Below are positions 9,484 through 19,135 of a stretch of DNA of 64,000 nucleotides, one piece after another. The stretch's first letter is position 1. Each line of letters opens with the position of its first letter. The DNA is from Sedimentisphaeraceae bacterium JB056 (GTDB taxonomy: Bacteria; Planctomycetota; Phycisphaerae; Sedimentisphaerales; Sedimentisphaeraceae), in NCBI GenBank assembly GCA_044440125.1, contig JBITAJ010000003.1:32001-96000 (forward strand), read 5' to 3'. Both the position numbers and the translations under genes were made by a program. The notes beneath the pieces are model-generated. The model ran no database searches. It saw only the letters and a program-made list of their open reading frames with translations, and had not been told where the DNA came from.

Positions 9484-11274
9484 TTACGCAAGCTCAGGTA
9501 CTGCACCTGCAAGCTCGTTGTAATCTTCAAAACTGCTTGTATCGGCAGATTTGATAGAAGCTGCCCAAGCCGCAATCTTAGGTACATTCTTAGTGATATA
9601 CCTCTTAGCAATCTTAGCTTTACGCTCCTTCATGCTTACCTTGGTACCCTTGTTGTCAACAGCAACCATCATATCTTTCTTGAAACTTGCCTGCTGACAG
9701 AACAGGTAACCGCCGATAATCTTAACAGCGATATCGACAAGGTCGCGACCGTAAAGATCCATGTAGTCAATGCCCTTATCCTTGACAAACTCAACACACT
9801 CAGCAAGAGTCTTTGTGTTTTCAGCAAGAATATCAAGCAGATCCTTGAGGTTCGTATCATACTCAGCACCAGCGAGCTCTTCAATATATTTCTGAGCAGT
9901 TCCGTTGTTTACGCCGCGAACAGCCGCAACAACCTGAAGCTGTGTTGTACCTTCGTAGATATTTGTGATACGTGCGTCACGGTAGTATCTCTCGCAAGGA
10001 TAGTCACGCATAAATCCACTGCCGCCAAGAATCTGGATAGAATCATAAGAAACACTGTTAGCCATCTCGGTAGAGATATACTTACTCATTGGTGTAAGCA
10101 TAGCAGCATAACGCTTGATCATACGCTGTGCCTTCTTAGCTTCTTTCTTCTGCTCAGGCGTATAGTCCTCGCCTTCGATTATTCTATGGTAACCAACTTC
10201 GTGGTCAACGATACGGCATGTTTCGTACAGAAGCGAACGGCTTTCTTCAAGCTCAATCTTCATATCGATAAGCAGATCACGAACAGCAGGAAGTTTTTCA
10301 ATTGCTCCACCGAACTGCTCACGAGATGCTGCGTAATCTCTTGCTACGCGGTAAGCAGCTTCACCGATACCAACGCCCTGTGCTGAGATACCAACACGAG
10401 CACCGTTCATAAGAGCCATAACGTAAGTTACAAGTCCGCGTTGTCTTTCACCTACAAGCTTACATGGTGTATTGTCGAAGAAGATTTCACAAGTTGGAGA
10501 AGCATGGATACCCATCTTATCCTCAATACGACGGATATGTACGGTTGGGCCAGGGCCGCAAACAAAAAGACTGAGTCCAAGACCGCCGCTACGATCCGGT
10601 TCACTTCTTGCCATAACCAGCAATACTTCACCACAGCCGTTTGTAATAAAACGCTTTACACCGTTAAGATACCACTGTCCGTCAGCATCCTGGAAGGCTT
10701 TCACCTTACACGCCTGAAGGTCAGAACCGGCATCTGGCTCAGTAAGAACCATAGCACCGGTTGTCTTACCGGCAGCCAATTCGTGAAGATATTCCTGCTT
10801 GATTTCTTCACTTGCGAAAGAGTTGATTGTTTCAGCAATTCCCTGAAGACCGAAGATGTTCATAAGTGAAGCATCACCACGGCTTATCATCTCGTTAGCA
10901 ACTGAGAGGATAAGTGAAGGGAAGTTGAGTCCGCCAAACCTGTGAGGCAGTGTCATACCCATAAGCTCTGCCTTAGCAAGCTTATCAAGTATTTCATACA
11001 TACCTTCAGGACGAATAACCTCACCATCTTCGGTGAGCTTGTTTCCGGTTCTGTCCATCTCTTCACTTCTTGGAGCAACAAAGTCACCGCAAAGTGCACC
11101 GAGAGAATCCATTACCAGCTTATAGTTTTCAGCCGCTTCTTCGCCGTCAGCAGGTGCAAAATCAAACTCTTTTGCAAACTTGTAACCCTCTTCCATAAAA
11201 TTAGCGAGAGTGCCAAGATCCATATTTTCCAGCAAGAACCGGATATCATCATTATCTTTGTAAAAGTTAGCCAT
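9484..11274 (-). CDS. Acyl-CoA dehydrogenase (Etf-associated, with C-terminal extension)
   Basis: LTEPDAGSD, NGVKRFITNG, KMGIHASPT, REQFG, QILGGSGF, IYEGTTQLQ. Confidence 0.94.
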   Translation of the reverse strand: MANFYKDNDDIRFLLENMDLGTLANFMEEGYKFAKEFDFAPADGEEAAENYKLVMDSLGALCGDFVAPRSEEMDRTGNKLTEDGEVIRPEGMYEILDKLAKAELMGMTLPHRFGGLNFPSLILSVANEMISRGDASLMNIFGLQGIAETINSFASEEIKQEYLHELAAGKTTGAMVLTEPDAGSDLQACKVKAFQDADGQWYLNGVKRFITNGCGEVLLVMARSEPDRSGGLGLSLFVCGPGPTVHIRRIEDKMGIHASPTCEIFFDNTPCKLVGERQRGLVTYVMALMNGARVGISAQGVGIGEAAYRVARDYAASREQFGGAIEKLPAVRDLLIDMKIELEESRSLLYETCRIVDHEVGYHRIIEGEDYTPEQKKEAKKAQRMIKRYAAMLTPMSKYISTEMANSVSYDSIQILGGSGFMRDYPCERYYRDARITNIYEGTTQLQVVAAVRGVNNGTAQKYIEELAGAEYDTNLKDLLDILAENTKTLAECVEFVKDKGIDYMDLYGRDLVDIAVKIIGGYLFCQQASFKKDMMVAVDNKGTKVSMKERKAKIAKRYITKNVPKIAAWAASIKSADTSSFEDYNELAGAVPELA

Positions 11275-11289
11275 AATATATTCCGTTTA

Positions 11290-12318
11290 TTATACTTTTT
11301 CCTTAACAGCCTTGATCATCATCGGCACTACATCGTTAAGATCACCAACGATCTTGTAATGTGCAACATTGAAAATAGGAGCTTCAGGATCGTTATTTAT
11401 AGCGATGATCTTCTTACTCTCTACCATACCGGCCTGATGCTGTATAGCACCGCTGAGACCAATTGCGATATAGAGACTTGGACGAACTGTAGTACCGGTT
11501 TGTCCAACCTGATGGTCAGAACCGATAAAACCAAGGTCGCAAGCTGCTCTTGTAGCACCTGGTACTCCGCCAAGAGCATTAGCAAGATCCCATACCAAAC
11601 GGAAGTTTTCTTTACTTCCAACACCTGCACCACCTGCAACTACAATACGTGAAGCCTTGAGATTCACGCTCTTGCTGCGGCGTACTTCATCAATGATTTC
11701 AATAGGAAGATCATTGCTGCCTACAGAAACTACCTCTTCGCAAATTTCACCCTTACGGCTTACATTCGGCTCAGGCATAGGCATTACACCTTCACGTACT
11801 GTTGCCATCTGCGGCCAGCGGTCATAGTTGATAATAGTAGCAATAATATTACCACCAAATGCCGGACGAATCTGAAGAAGAAGATTATCGAATACTTCAC
11901 CAGTTTTCTTGATTTCGTGCTTACCAATCTGAAGATCTGTACAATCTGCTGTTAGACCTGCCTTCATCTGGCTTGCAATACGAGGAGCAACATCACGTCC
12001 CATAGGAGTTGCACCATAGATAACAACCTGAGGCTTATATTTTTCGATAAGCTCACAAACTGTCTTTGTATATGAATTTGTCTGGAAATGCTCGAGAAGC
12101 GGGTTGTCACATACGTATACTTTGTCTGCTCCATACTGCACCAGTGTTGTAGCTAATGCTTTGATGTTACTTCCAAGAAGAACAGCTCCAACCTTAACGC
12201 CAAGCTTATCAGCAAGCTCACGGGCTCTTCCCATAAGCTCAAGGGAGATATCTTCAAGTTTTCCTGCGTGCTGTTCGGCTAATACCCAAACTTCACCTTG
12301 CTTATTTACTTCTATCAT
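11290..12318 (-). CDS. etfA: Electron transfer flavoprotein alpha subunit
   Basis: GLTADCT, RPAFGGN, PQMATVR, QVGQTGTTVRP, GLSGAIQH. Confidence 0.95.
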   Translation of the reverse strand: MIEVNKQGEVWVLAEQHAGKLEDISLELMGRARELADKLGVKVGAVLLGSNIKALATTLVQYGADKVYVCDNPLLEHFQTNSYTKTVCELIEKYKPQVVIYGATPMGRDVAPRIASQMKAGLTADCTDLQIGKHEIKKTGEVFDNLLLQIRPAFGGNIIATIINYDRWPQMATVREGVMPMPEPNVSRKGEICEEVVSVGSNDLPIEIIDEVRRSKSVNLKASRIVVAGGAGVGSKENFRLVWDLANALGGVPGATRAACDLGFIGSDHQVGQTGTTVRPSLYIAIGLSGAIQHQAGMVESKKIIAINNDPEAPIFNVAHYKIVGDLNDVVPMMIKAVKEKV

Positions 12319-12333
12319 AATTTATCTGCTCCC

Positions 12334-13218
12334 TTAACCGATAGTATGGTCTTCAATCATTTCATGGATCATATTATTGATAGCGTCCTGAGTAGGATCT
12401 ACATCCTTAGTCTCCTTAGCGGTAAGAACAACGCTCATAATGCGATGTACTTTTGTAGGAGAACCGTCACGACCGCACCACTGAAGATCGGCGTCAATCT
12501 GCTCAAGATCAAACTGCTTGATAAGGAGTCCCTTATCCTCAAGCTCTTTACAGACAGCCTCTGCATCAGCACCGCTCTCTTTAGCTTCCATCTGAACTTC
12601 TACAGGAGCTTTAGCTTTCTTGAACTTCATCAGTCTCTTAGCAGCAGAAACTCTTGGCTCATTGGCTTCATCTGTAACAGTAAGAAGCAGCGGAAGCTTG
12701 CACTTAACATCCTGCCAACCGTTACCAATGTTACGACGACATGTCAACTCACCATCTTTAATATCATTAAGCTCTTCAACATAAGTTACCTGCGGAATCT
12801 CAAGCTTCTCAGCAAGCTGAGGACCAACCTGAGCAGTATCACCATCAATAGCCTGACGACCGCAAAGAACGATATCGTAACCGATTTTCTTTACTGCCTG
12901 ACTAAGGATATAACTTGTTGCGAGAGTATCACTTGCAGCACATTTACGGTCAGTTACCAGAACAGCATCATCTGCACCCATGAAAAGCGCGTCACGCAGA
13001 ACGTTAGCTGCTGCCGGCAGACCCATTGTTACTGCTGTTACAGTACCGCCAAATTTCTCTTTAATCTCAAGAGCAAGCTCAAGAGCATTAAGATCTTCCG
13101 GATTGAAAATTGCCGGAAGAGCCGCACGGTTTACCGTACCATCTTCGTTCATCGCCTCGCCTGTGATCCTGCTTGTATCAGGAACCTGCTTAACGAGGAC
13201 TACACATCTATAAGCCAC
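12334..13218 (-). CDS. etfB: Electron transfer flavoprotein beta subunit
   Basis: VKQVPDT, NPED, TMG, DTLATS, GRQAIDGDTAQVG, GSPT. Confidence 0.95.
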   Translation of the reverse strand: MAYRCVVLVKQVPDTSRITGEAMNEDGTVNRAALPAIFNPEDLNALELALEIKEKFGGTVTAVTMGLPAAANVLRDALFMGADDAVLVTDRKCAASDTLATSYILSQAVKKIGYDIVLCGRQAIDGDTAQVGPQLAEKLEIPQVTYVEELNDIKDGELTCRRNIGNGWQDVKCKLPLLLTVTDEANEPRVSAAKRLMKFKKAKAPVEVQMEAKESGADAEAVCKELEDKGLLIKQFDLEQIDADLQWCGRDGSPTKVHRIMSVVLTAKETKDVDPTQDAINNMIHEMIEDHTIG

Positions 13219-13379
13219 TAAATAATCTCCTATTTGTTAGACTAATTTGATACCACCATTAGAAGCCATAAGCAAACAAAAAGTACCTAAAAACGCTTTT
13301 GATAATAAATCCAAATAAAGCATGGAGGCACTTTGTAAGTACTGACTAATATTGGTGTTTTAACGCCAAAATTTAGCGT

Positions 13380-13407
13380 ATCTTACAGAAAAAGCCGTAA
13401 AAGTCAA
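13380..13407 (-). promoter_or_regulatory. Putative sigma70 promoter of etfBA-acyl-CoA dehydrogenase
   Basis: TTGACT-N16-TAAGAT on the minus strand. Confidence 0.45.
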
Positions 13408-13537
13408 ACAAAAAGATTGTAGACTTAAGATGTCGCAAAATGAATCGAGCAGCATTAAGCAGAGTATAATTCAAATAAATTGAATCTGAAATTCAAAAGC
13501 TTTATATTTTAAGAGAAGCCGCTGGATTACCTGAGCC

Positions 13538-14041
13538 TCAAAACCTTTTAAGCACATCGCATCTGAAGAACTCCTCTTTAGCAATCTTGCTTCCAGTTGC
13601 TGTCTTAAAGACTTTATTGATAAGCTTTTGTAGTTTTTCGCCCTGCATATCAGGAAACTCAACAGGTATATTTACCATCCAGTCAGCATCCCAAACAATC
13701 TTGAATTCTGTGCTGTTAATCCCCTTATCGGAATGATGATTTGCTATTATATCACAAACATGATCAACTTTTTCCTCTGAAAGATCATATTTAGATAAAA
13801 TTTCACGGGCTATAGGAGGACCTTCCAGCTCCTGATAATTCCCAGCCGAAGATCCGTGTTTCTTCTCCGCCTCCTGTATGCCGATATCATGAAGTATAGC
13901 TGAAGCAACAATAACTTCCCTATCTCCACCTTCAACATCTGCTATTTGTTCGGCATATTCAAGGACAGAAAGCGCATGATCTATTCTCCGGCGGTCTTTT
14001 CCAAAAAGCCGTTTCATATCATTTATAAGATTTTTTCGCAT
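13538..14041 (-). CDS. HD-domain phosphohydrolase
   Basis: H...LHDIG...HH...DAD motifs. Confidence 0.88.
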   Translation of the reverse strand: MRKNLINDMKRLFGKDRRRIDHALSVLEYAEQIADVEGGDREVIVASAILHDIGIQEAEKKHGSSAGNYQELEGPPIAREILSKYDLSEEKVDHVCDIIANHHSDKGINSTEFKIVWDADWMVNIPVEFPDMQGEKLQKLINKVFKTATGSKIAKEEFFRCDVLKRF

Positions 14042-14044
14042 CTT

Positions 14045-14383
14045 TTACTCCCTTATCATTATCAGCATCATCTTAAATTTCTCTTCTGCTGAAACTGAAT
14101 GGGGAATATTTGCCGGCATTATTATAATCTGGTCTTCCGAAACGGCATTAGCTTTTCCATCAATATTTATAATACCATTACCGTCTATGACCTGAATAAC
14201 CGCATCATAAGGAGCCGTATGCTCGCTGAGTTTCTGTCCTTTGTCAAACGCAAACAATGTTATAGTTCCGACTGGTTTATCTATGACAGTTTTGCTGACA
14301 ATGGAATCTTCAGAATATTTGACCAGTTCAGACAGTCCGGCGGGCTTTGCCAGACATGCACCAAGTAGGTTTGCTTCACTCAT
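14045..14383 (-). CDS. Cupin domain protein
   Basis: LSEHTAP...G.G...IIIMPANIPHSV. Confidence 0.88.
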   Translation of the reverse strand: MSEANLLGACLAKPAGLSELVKYSEDSIVSKTVIDKPVGTITLFAFDKGQKLSEHTAPYDAVIQVIDGNGIINIDGKANAVSEDQIIIMPANIPHSVSAEEKFKMMLIMIRE

Positions 14384-14441
14384 GTTTATCTCCTGTTGCT
14401 GCTTAATAACTTGTAGTTAAAATAATATATATATTATGATA

Positions 14442-15362
14442 TCATGGTTTCTCTATCGGTAATTGCTCAACAGCCGCCCATTGACTCCAGCTTCCATCAT
14501 ACCATAACACCTTTGGGTATCCCAAAAGATATTTCAGTACAAAAAACGTTTGAGAAGCCTGAAGTCCAGTTCTGCAATGAACAATTACAGTGCTATCCTT
14601 GGAAGGAATTATATCTGAATACTCAGATGAAAGCTGCTTTGTTCTCTTAAATACCGGATATCCAAGAGATTCATCAAAATCTTCTCCAATAGGTCTGTTA
14701 ACAGCACCTGGAATATGGCCTGCTCTGGCTTCATCAGACTTGACGGCATTGTAGTAATCAGATGGCCTAACATCGATTATCACTATTTGCGGATTATCTA
14801 AGGCGGAAAACACTTCCTGATAATCTACCGTCACTTCTTCAGTATCGCAAGCCTTATACTCAGACTGTTGGGCTGTTGCCAAACGCTGGTCAACAACCAT
14901 ACCTCTCTCTACCCACTTATTAAAACCTCCATCAAGAATACAAAAACTCTCATGCCCGAGTCTTTGACAGCTCATTGACGCAAGCGTTGCATCATAAATT
15001 TTGTCGCCATAGACGAAGACAATCATGTCTGAAGCTTGAATTCCCATAAGCGAGTAATGCTTAGCGAGAATGTCCGATGGAAGCAAAAGAGGCCCAAAGC
15101 CTTCTATATTACCCCTAAAGCTTTCGACATTAAGAGACAATGAACCCGGAATATGTGATTTATTGTAAGAAGGCGTCTTGCTTAAGTCAATTACAACAAT
15201 ATCCTCAACACCTAAATTCTCTGCAAGCCAGTCAACTGAAACTAATTTTGGTATGTTATCAGGATTAGTTTTCTCACCACATTCAGCCTCAAATATACCT
15301 AAAGTGATAAAGAACAAAATACCTAATAAGCTTAAATATGTCTTTTCTCCTATATCTCTCAT
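14442..15362 (-). CDS. Secreted tandem-domain rhodanese/sulfurtransferase
   Basis: Two HIPG repeats, LDGG, active-site loop CRTGLQAS, YDGSWSQW; hydrophobic N-terminus. Confidence 0.9.
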   Translation of the reverse strand: MRDIGEKTYLSLLGILFFITLGIFEAECGEKTNPDNIPKLVSVDWLAENLGVEDIVVIDLSKTPSYNKSHIPGSLSLNVESFRGNIEGFGPLLLPSDILAKHYSLMGIQASDMIVFVYGDKIYDATLASMSCQRLGHESFCILDGGFNKWVERGMVVDQRLATAQQSEYKACDTEEVTVDYQEVFSALDNPQIVIIDVRPSDYYNAVKSDEARAGHIPGAVNRPIGEDFDESLGYPVFKRTKQLSSEYSDIIPSKDSTVIVHCRTGLQASQTFFVLKYLLGYPKVLWYDGSWSQWAAVEQLPIEKP

Positions 15363-15525
15363 CTTTACCTCACTCTCTTTACCCTGTAACAGTCAAGTTT
15401 TCAAAGATAATTCTCATACCTTTGGATTATTACAGAAAAAGAGGATGATTTCAAGATTATTTTTAAAGAATGGGCAGGAGCGGCCTATTTTCCCTCATAT
15501 CTATTCCTGTTGCAACTTTGTATGC

Positions 15526-16623
15526 TTATCGCTTTTCATTACCTATATCGAATAATTCCAGAGGAACTAAGGTTGTAGTATTTTCGAGTTTTCCATCCAA
15601 CACAACAGAAAGTTTCTGTGCAGCAAGCTTACCAATAGAATGAAAACGTCTCAGAACAACTAATGCCTTGTTTTCACCCAAAAGAGGCATCAAATTATCG
15701 TAAACACTCTCATCAGTAGTTATAACAAAATTATGCCTGCCTAATAGTCGGGAAAGTTCATCGGGCGAATCAGAGTAAAATGCCCGCAAATCTCTATTAT
15801 TCGTAATAAAAACGCCACATCCCGGTTCATACGAAAGTAAACTTTCGATAAGTTTTTTTCGATAAAAATCGCCTCCGTACGGAAGCTGAACCGTTTCTAT
15901 ATCGAAACTATCATGATACAACTGGGAGATACCATTCATAAATGCGTCACGATATGGATAGACAAAGTATATTAACTTTTTACAGCCACTGTCTCTCAAA
16001 TAGGTTTTAACCTTTTCAGCCATGACATATATATTTTCCTCAATAACTGGAATATTAAGCTCAAAAGGTTCATGGGAGGTAACTACAACCGGAATTTTTG
16101 CCTTTACGATAGCCTTAACCGAGTTAATATATTTTTTATCGGGATAAAGCCATAAAACACCATCATATTCACCCTCTTTCAATTCCTTCACAAGTAATTG
16201 AGGGTCATCAAGATGTACAAACGGCGAGATCAAAGAAGGACGAATAGAAACCTTTTCACATTCCTCAAGAAGTCCTTTAGCCGTGGATCCATGCTCAATA
16301 GCAACTCCACCATCATATAAATGGAACATTGACAATACTGCAACATTCTTTTTTCGTTTTTTAACAGGATAATCGCCAATCAGCTTTACTAAAGCATCTT
16401 TTGACACATAAACACCACTACCGCGTACGGAATCTACAATACCCTGTTTACTCAACTGAGCTATAGCCGACTGAACTGGGTAGCTGCTGACTCCAACCAT
16501 TTTAGCAAGCTGCCTTACTGGCGGCAGTCTGTTACCGCTTGTAAACTCACCGGAAATTATATTTGATTTTATAAATTCAACTACCTGATAAGTTACTGTT
16601 TGAGTTTTTTGCTCTTTTGCCAT
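15526..16623 (-). CDS. GntR wHTH + periplasmic-binding-protein-like effector domain regulator
   Basis: RLPPVRQLAKMVGVS...L...G......GSGVYV; divergent LacI-like C-terminus. Confidence 0.85.
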   Translation of the reverse strand: MAKEQKTQTVTYQVVEFIKSNIISGEFTSGNRLPPVRQLAKMVGVSSYPVQSAIAQLSKQGIVDSVRGSGVYVSKDALVKLIGDYPVKKRKKNVAVLSMFHLYDGGVAIEHGSTAKGLLEECEKVSIRPSLISPFVHLDDPQLLVKELKEGEYDGVLWLYPDKKYINSVKAIVKAKIPVVVTSHEPFELNIPVIEENIYVMAEKVKTYLRDSGCKKLIYFVYPYRDAFMNGISQLYHDSFDIETVQLPYGGDFYRKKLIESLLSYEPGCGVFITNNRDLRAFYSDSPDELSRLLGRHNFVITTDESVYDNLMPLLGENKALVVLRRFHSIGKLAAQKLSVVLDGKLENTTTLVPLELFDIGNEKR

Positions 16624-16673
16624 CTGAAACCATAGCCAGTAAATAAATATACTAATTTCATCCTAATGCGTTT

Positions 16674-16701
16674 ATTATAGCAACATTTACAGAATAGTCT
16701 A
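16674..16701 (-). promoter_or_regulatory. Putative promoter of the GntR gene (extended -10)
   Basis: TAGACT-N16-TATAAT with TGn directly upstream (TGCTATAAT). Confidence 0.5.
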
Positions 16702-16743
16702 ACCTCAAATCATAAGACATCGCAACTCGAAATTATAGTTTAA

Positions 16744-17784
16744 CTAAAAGCAATACTTTTCCATCGCATCCATAACAGCCTTTACGTTTTCCAAAGGCAC
16801 TCCCGGATAGAGGCCGTAGATCATCATAAGCCCGCCCTCTTTGGAGCCAAGCTCTCTTTTGATCCTCCCGATATGGGTATCTATCTTCTCAGGCGTACCG
16901 AACCGCGTTACATCCTGTCGGTCTATATCGACATCGAGGCAGACCCTGCCCTTTAGATTATCTCGTATCCAGTCTATGCCGTTAGCGGTATCCTGAAGGT
17001 TGATTATTTCAACCCCGCCTTCGATCAAATCTTCGGCGAGCAGTTTTATATCGCCGTCCGAATGCATGTGGATACAGCAGCCTGCTTCTCTGGCAGGTTT
17101 GATAAGACGCTGATAGCTTGGTTTGATGTAACGGCGGAACTGTTCGGGTGAGAGCATAGGGCCGACCTGCATACCCAGGTCCTCAGGATAAATCATTACA
17201 TCCGGCTTGAGTTTTATGTAATTTTCGATTATGCCCATATTGAAGCATTCAAGTTTCTCTATAAGCTTATCGAGACCGGGAGCCTGATCGAACATATCGA
17301 ACATAAGATTTTCGTAACCCCGCAGATCGCAGAGCTGAAGGAAAGTATGGCCGTGACGAAGCCCGCCTATGGTTACCTTCCCCTCAGCGCGAAGCTCATC
17401 GAAGCGTGCCGCTTCCTGCTGCCAGTCTATAGGACCAAGTCCCATGCTTTTATCCGGGTCGGGAGCCGGTAGATCATCCACGGCCTCGATATCTTTAACC
17501 GGATGATCTATAACCGTTCCCACGATACCGTCTTCGGTGGTCTGCCACACGCAGCCCCAATCGTCGGTATAGGGTTTGCCCTTGACCCAGGGGCCGAAAT
17601 CCGGCCTGACAGGTTCGTCGCTATATTCATAATCGGGAAAAAGCAATTTATGTTCGGCCATAAGCTGCTTAAGAGCAACCTGGTCATAATTCTGCCAGCA
17701 GGATCGGTTTATCGCAAATATTACAGGAACATATTCTGGATTGTCGAACCTAACCGCTTTGAAATAATTTTCTCTCTCAGTCAT
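16744..17784 (-). CDS. Uroporphyrinogen decarboxylase/MtaA-CmuA-like family protein
   Basis: DDWGCVW, LRGYENL, EDLG.Q...MLSP, HSDG, VPLENV; not canonical HemE. Confidence 0.8.
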   Translation of the reverse strand: MTERENYFKAVRFDNPEYVPVIFAINRSCWQNYDQVALKQLMAEHKLLFPDYEYSDEPVRPDFGPWVKGKPYTDDWGCVWQTTEDGIVGTVIDHPVKDIEAVDDLPAPDPDKSMGLGPIDWQQEAARFDELRAEGKVTIGGLRHGHTFLQLCDLRGYENLMFDMFDQAPGLDKLIEKLECFNMGIIENYIKLKPDVMIYPEDLGMQVGPMLSPEQFRRYIKPSYQRLIKPAREAGCCIHMHSDGDIKLLAEDLIEGGVEIINLQDTANGIDWIRDNLKGRVCLDVDIDRQDVTRFGTPEKIDTHIGRIKRELGSKEGGLMMIYGLYPGVPLENVKAVMDAMEKYCF

Positions 17785-17790
17785 TATGAT

Positions 17791-19077
17791 CTATATACTT
17801 TCTCTAATTTCTTGAATAAAACTATCTAACTCGACAACTTTGTTATCAATTCGTGCCTTCTCGGCAGCAAATGTCATTAAATGAGATACAAGAGTTTCTT
17901 CCGCTCCTGTTCTTATCCCACCATCGTTTTCGTTGAGCAAAGCATCTACAAATGATTCCATAATACCAAAATCACCGCCGCCATGCCCATCAGAAACATT
18001 ACCAGCCTCAGATGCAAAATCACAACTCTCCCATGCTTTCTTATTATAATCATAGACATTGAGTTTATTTTCGCCACCTTCGAGATAACCTTTTGTCCCC
18101 ATAACCTTAACCTGCCTGCCGCCCGGAGTAAAAGCTGTCATAGTAAAGTTGGCAGTAACACCATCTTCAAAATCCATTATCACTACCTGATTATCTACAA
18201 CATCGTTATCACAACAGTACACACATCTTCCATAAGGACCTGTCTGAAGCGCTTCTACAAGAGCCTCTCTTGTAAATTCACTGATTAGGACATTTATAGG
18301 CCAATCAATATTACCTTTATCAAAATAGTCAAGGTAATATGTTTTAGCTGAATAGCAGCATTCACCGTCAGCCAAAGGGCAAGTCATACATCTGTCAGTT
18401 GCTTTTGCAGGCTTATTTTCAGGCTTGAAATGCTTCAGATGTCCAAAAGAAGACACACTTTTACATTTCTTGCCTATCCACCAGTTAAGCACATCCATAT
18501 CATGACATGATTTTGCTAAAAGCATAAATGAAGACATATCCTCTCTTCGCCAGTTACCGCGGACATATGAGTGCGCCTGGTGCCAGAAGCCGACACCTTC
18601 TGTGTGCTGAATAGAAACAACATCGCCGAGAGCACCGGAATCAATCACTTCCTTAACCTTCATAAAAAATGGAGCATATCGCAATACGTGACAAACGCAT
18701 AGCTTTACATCATTCTTTTTTACGGCATCACATATTTCAAGGCAATCGGCAGCGGTAACAGCCATCGGCTTCTCAAGCATAATGTGATAGCCTTTATTAG
18801 CCGCGGCGATGGCGACCTCTTTATGAAGTTCATCCTGCACTGCTATAATAACCGCATCTGCAAGCTTTGGCAGAGCAAGCAGCTCCTTCCAGTCTTTGAA
18901 TACATTTGAAGGCTCTATACTAAACTGTGACGCCATCTGCTCACGATTAAATTGTTTAGGTTCCGCCACAGCCACAATCTGCGACTTCTCCGGATATTTT
19001 GCAACATAAGGTGAATAAGAGTAGAGCCCTCTGCTGCCTGCGCCTATAACGGCAAATTTCACTTTTTTATTAATCAT
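17791..19077 (-). CDS. Gfo/Idh/MocA family oxidoreductase
   Basis: GAGSRG, LEKPMA, HVLRY, HSYVRGNW, KSCHD, GHGGGD. Confidence 0.9.
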   Translation of the reverse strand: MINKKVKFAVIGAGSRGLYSYSPYVAKYPEKSQIVAVAEPKQFNREQMASQFSIEPSNVFKDWKELLALPKLADAVIIAVQDELHKEVAIAAANKGYHIMLEKPMAVTAADCLEICDAVKKNDVKLCVCHVLRYAPFFMKVKEVIDSGALGDVVSIQHTEGVGFWHQAHSYVRGNWRREDMSSFMLLAKSCHDMDVLNWWIGKKCKSVSSFGHLKHFKPENKPAKATDRCMTCPLADGECCYSAKTYYLDYFDKGNIDWPINVLISEFTREALVEALQTGPYGRCVYCCDNDVVDNQVVIMDFEDGVTANFTMTAFTPGGRQVKVMGTKGYLEGGENKLNVYDYNKKAWESCDFASEAGNVSDGHGGGDFGIMESFVDALLNENDGGIRTGAEETLVSHLMTFAAEKARIDNKVVELDSFIQEIRESI

Positions 19078-19135
19078 ATTCAGTTTTGTATTATATTAAA
19101 AAATCCAAAATTCTATTTTCACATTCTAAACCGAG

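Noticed and set aside
9430..13221. Long plus-strand ORFs (318, 236, 307 aa)
   Set aside because: Antisense to the acyl-CoA dehydrogenase and etf genes; explained by codon bias; one starts inside a terminator
13352..13369. Imperfect palindrome TTGGTGTT-TT-AACGCCAA downstream of the etf promoter as a Rex site
   Set aside because: Does not match the TTGTGAA-N4-TTCACAA consensus; single instance
6673..15362. TtrS-like sensor plus rhodanese as a tetrathionate/thiosulfate system
   Set aside because: 5 kb apart in different units, with no ttr/phs reductase or response regulator in the window
16744..17784. hemE
   Set aside because: Lacks the N-terminal W.MRQAGR motif of true uroporphyrinogen decarboxylase
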